Assembly: GCA_903892175.1 (NCBI GenBank)
Contig: CAITHK010000267.1
Coordinates: forward strand, 146 to 64,145
Length of the DNA: 64,000 bases
DNA from: an uncultured Burkholderiales bacterium
GTDB taxonomy: Bacteria; Pseudomonadota; Gammaproteobacteria; Burkholderiales; Burkholderiaceae_C
Direction of reading: 5' to 3'
The position numbers were made by a program, and so were the translations under genes. The notes below the pieces were generated by a model, which searched no databases, had not been told where the DNA came from, and saw only the letters and a list, made by a program, of their open reading frames with translations. This document shows, piece by piece, positions 57,212 to 64,000 of the stretch. Every line of letters begins with the position of its first letter. Position 1 is the first letter of the stretch.

Positions 57212-58216
57212 ATGAAAAACAGATGGCTACGCTTATTTGTAAATTCCAAATGGGCTTTCCTGGTGTGCCTTGGCTTGGCCGCTTTGATGGGGGGCACTTT
57301 GTCTGCTTCGGCGCAAAGTTATCCTGACAAGCCCATTCGCTTCGTTGTTCCCATGGCACCGGGTGGCGCTGTGGACATTGTTTCACGCGCAGTGGCCCAT
57401 GCCTTGTCCAAGAAAATGGGTCAGACCGTTGTGGTGGACAACAAACCCGGTGCGGGAGGCTCGATCGCTGCTGGTTTTGTCTCCAATGCAGCACCCGATG
57501 GCTACACCGTGTTCGTGGCTGATACGGGGCAGTTGTCGATCAACCCGTTTTTGTACAAAAAACTACCTTACGACACGTCCAAAGGCTTTGTCGCCGTGAC
57601 CGACGCAGTTGCCGCGCCTTTGTATTTGGCGGTGAATGCAGACTTGCCCATCAAAACTGTGCAAGAACTCGTGGCTTATGCCAAGACTGCCAAAGAGCCA
57701 TTGGCCTATGGCAGTGTCGGAGTGGGTTCTGTTCACCATCTGGGAATGGAGCTCTTGGTGTCCAAAACCGGTATCAAAGCCACCCATATCCCGTTCAAGG
57801 GCGCCTCTCAATCTGCGGTGGCTTTGGCCAGTGGCGAGGTACACATGGCTTTGTCCGCCATGCCCTCTCTCAAACCCTTGGTGACAGCTGGGAAAGTTCG
57901 AATTCTTGGCGTGACAACCCCGCAACGGGTTGCCCAAACGCCAGACGTGCCAACCGTCAGCGAATCTGGTATCTCGGGTTTTTCAGTCGCAGTGAACGTG
58001 GGTTTTGTGTTGCCTCCCAATACGCCTGAGGCGATCGTGAACGCTTTGTACCGGGACATGTCCGATGTATTGGCCAACCCAGAAGTTCAGACCCAACTGA
58101 CCACCATGGGGTTGGTGATGTTGAAATCAAACCCCCGTGATTATGCGAACGCCATCAAAGATGATGCTGACAAGTACCGTGCCTTGATCAAATCTACCGG
58201 TGCTGTGGCTGAGTGA
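57212..58216 (+). CDS. Bug/TctC substrate-binding protein
   Basis: Motifs YPDKPIRFVVPMAPGGAVD, SVGVGS and HIPFKG. Confidence 0.92.
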   Translation: MKNRWLRLFVNSKWAFLVCLGLAALMGGTLSASAQSYPDKPIRFVVPMAPGGAVDIVSRAVAHALSKKMGQTVVVDNKPGAGGSIAAGFVSNAAPDGYTVFVADTGQLSINPFLYKKLPYDTSKGFVAVTDAVAAPLYLAVNADLPIKTVQELVAYAKTAKEPLAYGSVGVGSVHHLGMELLVSKTGIKATHIPFKGASQSAVALASGEVHMALSAMPSLKPLVTAGKVRILGVTTPQRVAQTPDVPTVSESGISGFSVAVNVGFVLPPNTPEAIVNALYRDMSDVLANPEVQTQLTTMGLVMLKSNPRDYANAIKDDADKYRALIKSTGAVAE

Positions 58217-58249
58217 TGCATGAACAATTTGAAAATCCAAAATAAACCT

Positions 58250-59227
58250 ATGACCCACTGTCCTTTGATTGATGTGCACCAGCACATCTTGCCCGCTCAC
58301 TATGTGCAAGCTGTTGGTGAGCATGCCGTCGGCTCTCAGGGGTCGACTGGACGGGTTCCTCCGTGGAGTCTCGAAGCCGCCTTGGAGGGCATGGACAGGG
58401 CAGGAATTCAAATGGCGATCACGTCTGTTTCTGCGCCAGGATTTCGTGGATTGAACCCACAGGGCGAGCGCGATATGACGCGTTGGTGTAATGATTTTGC
58501 GGCGGAACTCACCCATAGATATCCAAAACGTTTCGGTAGTTTTGCAGCGCTTCCACTGTCAACCTTGGATGCATGCTTGCATGAACTGTCCTATGCCATG
58601 GACAGGCTTCACAGTGATGGAGTGTGTTTGTTGAGTAACTACGAGGGTCGTTATCTTGGTGATGCGTATTTTTGCCCTATGTACGAAGAGCTCAATCGCA
58701 GAAAAGCTGTTGTTTTTGTTCATCCAACTTCGCCTCTTCACGAAGTCAAGATCAATCAACTCTCCGCGTCGACCTTGGAATTCACCTTTGACACAACGCG
58801 CACCATGGCGTCCTTGGTGTTTGGAGGTGTTTTGATGCGATTCCCGGACATACGCTGGATTTTTTCTCATGCCGGTGGTGCCATGCCTTACCTCGCAGGA
58901 CGGGTGGATGTGTTGACCACCAACAACCCAGCTTTGCGAGAGTTCATACCCAATGGGCTACCTGCAGAGCTAGGCAAACTGTATTACGACTGTGCTTTGT
59001 CGACATCAGACACCACCATGGATGCATTGGCCAGCGTGGCGTCTGTCGACCATGTATTGTTCGGAACAGATTACCCGTTCGGCCCCAAAGATCAAATGCG
59101 CAAAGGTGCCGAGGCTGTGCAAAATCTCAAATGGGGTGAAGCAGACAAGCGACGCGTGGCGTATTCGAATGCTTTTCAATTGTTCCCACGCATGTCAGAG
59201 ATCATCTCTGCTGTGGTGAGCGATTGA
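58250..59227 (+). CDS. Amidohydrolase-2 family protein, 6-methylsalicylate/hydroxybenzoate decarboxylase-like
   Basis: Motifs IDVHQH, GSFAALP, YLGD, VFVHP, EFTFDTTR, SHAGG and FGTDYPF. Alternative start at 58220. Confidence 0.85.
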   Translation: MTHCPLIDVHQHILPAHYVQAVGEHAVGSQGSTGRVPPWSLEAALEGMDRAGIQMAITSVSAPGFRGLNPQGERDMTRWCNDFAAELTHRYPKRFGSFAALPLSTLDACLHELSYAMDRLHSDGVCLLSNYEGRYLGDAYFCPMYEELNRRKAVVFVHPTSPLHEVKINQLSASTLEFTFDTTRTMASLVFGGVLMRFPDIRWIFSHAGGAMPYLAGRVDVLTTNNPALREFIPNGLPAELGKLYYDCALSTSDTTMDALASVASVDHVLFGTDYPFGPKDQMRKGAEAVQNLKWGEADKRRVAYSNAFQLFPRMSEIISAVVSD

Positions 59228-59271
59228 GCATCCATCGGTGCTTCAACTTTAAATTTCATAAGGAGACAAGA

Positions 59272-60240
59272 ATGAACGCATTCATCCGATGTGTGATCGC
59301 GCTGTGTGTCATGGCTTTGAGCGCTGCGAGCGCCGTGGCCGACGATAAATTTCCGAGCAAACCTCTCAAGCTTGTGGTTCCCCTTGCCGCGGGTGGTGGC
59401 AATGACGCTGTGGCAAGAATACTGGCCGAAAGTATGGCCAAGCATTTGGGGCAAGCGGTGATTGTGGAGAACCGAACTGGCGCAGGGGGCAATGTTGGAA
59501 CAGACTTTGTGGCCAAGTCACCTGCTGATGGGTACACCCTCATCCATGTGTCCAACAGTGTGGTGGTCAACCCATACCTCTACAAGAAATTACCTTTTGA
59601 TATTCAAAAAGATTTGATGTCAGTGGGTTTGATCGCAACGACGCCCATGTTCATCTTGGCGCATCCATCCTCTTCGGTGACGAACTTACGCGAGTTGATT
59701 GATCAGATGAAGTCTGAGTCATCCAAGTTGTCGTATGCAACGCCTGGAAATGGAACGCCGCATCACTTTGCGATGGAGCTGCTCAAGACGCGTGCTGGGG
59801 CAAATCTTGCGCACGTGCCTTACAGGGGGGCAGCTCCAGCGGTCACCGATGTGGTGGGGGGGCAAGTTCCGATTTTGGTTTCGACCTCTCAGTCGGTGGC
59901 TGATTTTGTGGCCACCGGTCGTCTGAAAATGTTGGCCACCATGGATCCGATACGCGTCGACAAATTCAAAGACACGCCAGCGGTGGCAGAGGTGGTGCCT
60001 GGTTTTGGGGTTTCTATCTGGCATGGACTGATGGTGCCCGCGAAGACGCCTCCTGCTGCGCTCTCCGCATTGACGGATGCCCTGTCGAAAACTTTGCAGG
60101 ACCCAGAGATCCAGCGCAAACTCATGGGTATTGGTTTTTCAGCCAAGTTTGAACCTCCAAGCGCCATGCAAACGCGCATTGCCGCCGAACTCGAAACTTG
60201 GAGGACGGTGGCAAAGAGTGCGGGCATCACCCCTGAATAA
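59272..60240 (+). CDS. Bug/TctC substrate-binding protein
   Basis: Motifs FPSKPLKLVVPLAAGGGND, TPGNGT and HVPYRG; AAGGAG RBS. Confidence 0.92.
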   Translation: MNAFIRCVIALCVMALSAASAVADDKFPSKPLKLVVPLAAGGGNDAVARILAESMAKHLGQAVIVENRTGAGGNVGTDFVAKSPADGYTLIHVSNSVVVNPYLYKKLPFDIQKDLMSVGLIATTPMFILAHPSSSVTNLRELIDQMKSESSKLSYATPGNGTPHHFAMELLKTRAGANLAHVPYRGAAPAVTDVVGGQVPILVSTSQSVADFVATGRLKMLATMDPIRVDKFKDTPAVAEVVPGFGVSIWHGLMVPAKTPPAALSALTDALSKTLQDPEIQRKLMGIGFSAKFEPPSAMQTRIAAELETWRTVAKSAGITPE

Positions 60241-60296
60241 ACGCGTTTCATAGATTCGATCCAAACAAACCATTTCACATTCAAGGAGACAACGAC

Positions 60297-60788
60297 ATGA
60301 AAAATTCAAAACAACTTTTTGTAAGCTGCTTGCTGGCACTTTGTTCAAGTGCCTTTGCACAATCGCAACCTGCGCCTCCGCCTGCGCCCCCTTTTGGTAC
60401 GCCAATTTCTTATGCGCAAGCCAAGCTTGCGGCTGAAGCGGCCATGCGAAAAGCGGCCGACATCAAAGTTCCAAACTCTGTGGCAGTTGTTGAGCCGTCG
60501 GGAGACCTCGTCTATTTCATTCGCATGGACGGGGCCCCCTACTCGGCCACTCAGTTGTCTCAACAAAAAGCCTGGACTGCTGCACGCTATCGCCGCCCCA
60601 CCAAAGCATTCTTTGATGGCGTGGAAGGCGGCCACCCCTTCTTTCTGAGCTTTCCGGGAATTGCTGCCACGCCTGGAGGCGTGCCGATTGTGGTGGACGG
60701 CAAGCTCATCGGTGCCATTGGCGTGAGTGGTGGTAACGGTGAGCAAGACATGGCGGTTGCAGGCGCTGGTGTGGATGCACTGAAGTGA
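60297..60788 (+). CDS. GlcG/HbpS family heme-binding protein with signal peptide
   Basis: Motifs VAVVEPSG, RMDGA, KAWTA and GGVPIVVDGKLIGAIGVSG; Sec signal plus Pro-rich linker. Confidence 0.87.
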   Translation: MKNSKQLFVSCLLALCSSAFAQSQPAPPPAPPFGTPISYAQAKLAAEAAMRKAADIKVPNSVAVVEPSGDLVYFIRMDGAPYSATQLSQQKAWTAARYRRPTKAFFDGVEGGHPFFLSFPGIAATPGGVPIVVDGKLIGAIGVSGGNGEQDMAVAGAGVDALK

Positions 60789-60850
60789 TTGCTTTTGCAG
60801 TAGAAAACCTGGCCCATGTTGAGCATGGACCCACCCAGGCCTCGCGAACT

Positions 60851-61816
60851 GTGTTGAAACGACGCGCTTTGGCTGTTTGCTTGTTGATCGCAGCCGTTCT
60901 TTTCAGCACCGCGCAAGCACAGGATCCTCCAGGTCGAGCCATCAAATTGGTGGTTCCTTTTCCAGCCGGTGGGGGTGTCGATGCTGTGGCACGCACCATC
61001 GCTGAAAAATTAGCCACCGAACTCAAGCAGCCGGTGATCGTCGACAACAAAGCAGGCGCCGGTGGCGCTTTGGGCGCGTCTTTGGTGGCTCGCTCTGCGG
61101 CAGATGGCTTCACCCTGTTGTTTGCCAACAATGGTCAAGCCGTCTTGCCGCACTTGCAAAAAGTCGACTGGGATCCCGTGAAAGACTTCAAGCCGGTGTC
61201 CAACGTGGCCACTTACGCCATGGTGGTGTTGGTCAACGCCAACTCTCCCATCAAGACTTTGTCTGAATTGATTCAATCCGCCAAATCGCATCCCGGACAT
61301 ATCACCTACGGCTCGTCTGGCCTGGGAGGACCCCTCCATTTGGGCATGGAAATGTTTCGCAGTGCTGCTGGCATTGACATCTTGCATGTGCCCTACAAAG
61401 GCAATGCGCCCATGACGCTGGCTCTGTTGGGGCAAGAAATTGCGGTCTCGATGGATACTTTGGCGGTCTCTCTGCCGCACATCAAGTCTGGAAAGTTCAG
61501 GCCCTTGGCTGTGACCAGCCAGCGTCGCATGACTTTGTTGCCCGACGTGCCCACCATCCGCGAACTTGCACTGCCGGAATTTGAGTACGAAGGCTGGCAA
61601 GCTATTTTTGCCCCAGCCAATACACCCGCACCTGTGGTCGCGAGATTGAATGCAGCCTTGATCAAAGTCATTGGCTTACCCAGCGTGAGCCAACGTCTGA
61701 TCGACCTCGGTTATGAGCCCAAGCCTTCTTCCCCGCAAGAATTGACCACTCTGTTGGCCAAAGATTTGGTCATTTACCGCAAAGCGATTCAAGAAGCCAA
61801 CATCAAGCCAGAGTGA
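60851..61816 (+). CDS. Bug/TctC substrate-binding protein
   Basis: Motifs IKLVVPFPAGGGVD, SSGLGG and HVPYKG. Start uncertain (60785-60854). Confidence 0.9.
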   Translation: MLKRRALAVCLLIAAVLFSTAQAQDPPGRAIKLVVPFPAGGGVDAVARTIAEKLATELKQPVIVDNKAGAGGALGASLVARSAADGFTLLFANNGQAVLPHLQKVDWDPVKDFKPVSNVATYAMVVLVNANSPIKTLSELIQSAKSHPGHITYGSSGLGGPLHLGMEMFRSAAGIDILHVPYKGNAPMTLALLGQEIAVSMDTLAVSLPHIKSGKFRPLAVTSQRRMTLLPDVPTIRELALPEFEYEGWQAIFAPANTPAPVVARLNAALIKVIGLPSVSQRLIDLGYEPKPSSPQELTTLLAKDLVIYRKAIQEANIKPE

Positions 61817-61850
61817 CGTGTGTTGGGTCAAGTCAAAAAATGGAATGAAT

Positions 61851-62678
61851 ATGATGAATTTGAACAGGGTCAGAACTGTCTGCGTGGTGTGTTTTGCGGC
61901 ATTCTTCGGTGCGCTGTCTGCCCCCGCTCTGGCTGACCGACTGGACGACGTGAAGACGCGCGGTCAATTGTGGGTGGGTGTGAGTGACACGACCCCTCCG
62001 TTTTCCTTCAAGGCTGCCAATGGCACCCTCACAGGCTATGACTTGGATCTTGTGCGCGCGGTGGCCAAGCGCTTGGGACTGGGCTTGGAGATGACCGCGC
62101 TTTCGAGCGCCGAGCGGATTCCACTTTTACAGCAAGGCAAGCTTGATTTTGTGGCGACGTCTATGACGCGTACGCCAGAGCGTTTGCGCGACATTGACTT
62201 CAGTCACATTTACTTTGTCACGCCACATGCCGTGGTTGTGAAAAAGTCATCGGGCATCACCTCGGTCAAACAGCTCTCCGGGCGCAAGGCCAGTTCTGCC
62301 AGCACTTCCACCGCGGGGGGTAATCTCAAAGAGGTCGTGCCAGAGGTGAATCTGGTCTATGTACGCGACTATGCCCTTGCATTTGCGGCACTCAAAGAGG
62401 GAAGCGTCGACGCCTTCACCACCGATGAGACCGTGCTGGCGGCCATCGTGCGCGATGACGGCCATTCAAGCGACTATCTGTTTCTGCCAGACTTCACCAA
62501 GTCGCGCAATGTGGGCTTTGCCTTGAAGAAAGACGAGGTGCGCCTCAAGGCGGCCATCAACCAAGCGCTGCTCGACATTGAAGCTTCCGGAGAAGCCGCC
62601 AACATTTGGGGCACATGGTTTGGTCCCTCATCGGTGCAACCGACGAAGCGCACATTCAAGATCACGGCGGAGTATTGA
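61851..62678 (+). CDS. Family-3 (polar amino acid) substrate-binding protein
   Basis: Motifs PPFSF, GYDLDL, RIPLLQQGKLD and TPERLRDIDFS; signal peptide. Confidence 0.88.
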   Translation: MMNLNRVRTVCVVCFAAFFGALSAPALADRLDDVKTRGQLWVGVSDTTPPFSFKAANGTLTGYDLDLVRAVAKRLGLGLEMTALSSAERIPLLQQGKLDFVATSMTRTPERLRDIDFSHIYFVTPHAVVVKKSSGITSVKQLSGRKASSASTSTAGGNLKEVVPEVNLVYVRDYALAFAALKEGSVDAFTTDETVLAAIVRDDGHSSDYLFLPDFTKSRNVGFALKKDEVRLKAAINQALLDIEASGEAANIWGTWFGPSSVQPTKRTFKITAEY

Positions 62679-62732
62679 GCCTGTTTGGCATGCCAAGGCA
62701 TGGTTGAGACGAAAGGGCGTAGTGTCTTGACT

Positions 62733-63635
62733 TCATCGAAGATGCGTCGGCGCCAATGTTTTCAACCATGTCGTTGCTGGCAAGTTCCAGCGTGTTTGAA
62801 TCTGTTTGGCTTGCGACTGCAAAGTTGTCTTGTCCCATGTGCGAGCTGAGCGAAACGCCAGCACGATGGTGTTGCCTGCAGTGGTGGACTTGAAGGTCCA
62901 TAACGCGTCATGGCCAAAGGCCTTGCCCATGCGCTCTATGCTGGTTTCTACGTTTGAATCACGGCCATACACATTGACGGCCATACAACCTTGCTGTGTC
63001 AGCAGCTGTCTGCAATCAGCGTAAAACGCTTCGGTGTCTAGCGCAGGGCAGGCGGCCTCTTGGTCATACAAGTCGACTTGAAGTGCATCGATTTTTCCAT
63101 GCCATTGAGGGCGTCTTGCAATGTCGGCCGCATCAGCCTGCAATACGTGTAACTTGGCATTTTCTTCAGGCAGGTTGAACCAGCGTTTGCAAATGGCAAT
63201 GACTTGCGGGTTCAGCTCCACCGCGGTGGTGTGCATGCCCAATTGAAGATGACAAAACTTGGTCAAGGATCCTGCGCCTAGGCCCAGCTGCATCGCTTGC
63301 AAGTGACGGACTTGGTCCAAGTCTGTGAACAACAGCCAGCCCATCATGCGTTGCACGTAGTCGAGGTGAATGTCGAACGGCTTGCTGATCTTCATCGAGC
63401 CTTGGACCCACGGCGTGCCCAGATGCAAAAAGCGCATATCGCCATAGTCGATGTGGTTGACCGGGGGTAAAGCGATGTGGCCTGGTTGTGGCGCATCGGC
63501 ATCACTATCGCGTTGACCTTTGTAGGTGTTGGCTTGTTGTTTAGCGAGCGTCATTCCGATCCAAATGGCTGCCAGACAGGCCATGAACCCGATGATCAAG
63601 TCTTTAGGGGTGATCAATGTCTCAAATACATCCAT
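62733..63635 (-). CDS. Spermidine synthase-like SAM-dependent transferase with N-terminal hydrophobic extension
   Basis: Motifs RFLHLGTPWVQG, YVQRMM, LGLGAGSL, VELNPQV and VDLYD. Confidence 0.83.
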   Translation of the reverse strand: MDVFETLITPKDLIIGFMACLAAIWIGMTLAKQQANTYKGQRDSDADAPQPGHIALPPVNHIDYGDMRFLHLGTPWVQGSMKISKPFDIHLDYVQRMMGWLLFTDLDQVRHLQAMQLGLGAGSLTKFCHLQLGMHTTAVELNPQVIAICKRWFNLPEENAKLHVLQADAADIARRPQWHGKIDALQVDLYDQEAACPALDTEAFYADCRQLLTQQGCMAVNVYGRDSNVETSIERMGKAFGHDALWTFKSTTAGNTIVLAFRSARTWDKTTLQSQAKQIQTRWNLPATTWLKTLAPTHLR

Positions 63636-63764
63636 TTTCTATGGGCTCCATTTCCACTGCCTCAAAGCATAAACGCTTGCCCCATAGAAAAAAGCTCCTG
63701 TCAGTCTGGGGCAATGCTTTGTCGTGAATTGATCATTTCTGTCCCGCCGGGTGGGGCAGATCCA

Positions 63765-64000
63765 TCAAGATATCAGCATCAAGCGCATGACAGATTCCAA
63801 TCGTTTCAAAGGATCTAATTCACTCAGAAGTTGTAGCTTTATTTCCGCGCTAGCGGGGATGGCTTCCGCATAGCGGTTGGCCAACCAACCACATTGATCC
63901 AAGTGATAAGGGGGAAAGATGGGGAGCTTGTGTATGACGCCTTGTTGCTGTGCCGACGCGATGACTTTACCCAGTCTGTCCGCGTGGGCCTGCATGGTGG
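63765..64000 (-). CDS. C-terminal part of a LON peptidase substrate-binding-domain protein (truncated by window edge)
   Basis: DQCGWLANRYAEAIP...KLQLL...DPLKRL pattern; frame is open to the window end. Confidence 0.68.
   Translation of the reverse strand, partial: TMQAHADRLGKVIASAQQQGVIHKLPIFPPYHLDQCGWLANRYAEAIPASAEIKLQLLSELDPLKRLESVMRLMLIS

Overview
A 64-kb, GC-rich, gene-dense stretch from a betaproteobacterium. A Comamonadaceae (Limnohabitans-like) origin is inferred from the Bug expansion, gene families and codon style. The window is almost entirely an accessory catabolic library for aromatic, heteroaromatic and organic acids. It holds 12 Bug/TctC solute-binding paralogs and 4 other solute-binding-fold proteins, but no TctA/TctB or ABC permease gene. 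Modules, left to right: (i) structured and repetitive non-coding DNA at 1-660, possibly an IS110-type end plus degenerate hairpin units; (ii) an FAH hydrolase, a CoxMSL-like molybdenum hydroxylase operon, a GcvA-like LysR and a UbiD-UbiX-Bug-DUF4936 operon, tied together by three related LysR-type boxes; (iii) a Bug-Bug-SDR-RraA-lactonase-Bug-2-hydroxyacid dehydrogenase-NIPSNAP operon; (iv) two tiny Cys-rich genes; (v) LysR, flavin monooxygenase and extradiol dioxygenase; (vi) RidA, LigJ-like, Lrp and mdeB; (vii) TauD with a secreted Cys-repeat miniprotein; (viii) a CmtC/CmtD-like meta-cleavage pair mixed with two intradiol dioxygenases and HpaH/HpaI; (ix) pobR-pobA; (x) a visibly more AT-rich right part with an M14 peptidase, an ICL/PEPM-family lyase, alkaline phosphatase, and a monooxygenase/two-amidohydrolase/MarR/Bug/GlcG module. 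No rRNA, tRNA, CRISPR array or intact transposase/integrase gene was seen. The best candidate for an undescribed system is module (ii), a prFMN decarboxylase plus Mo-hydroxylase regulon with no oxygenase or CoA ligase. All family calls come from motif recognition by eye; no database search was run.
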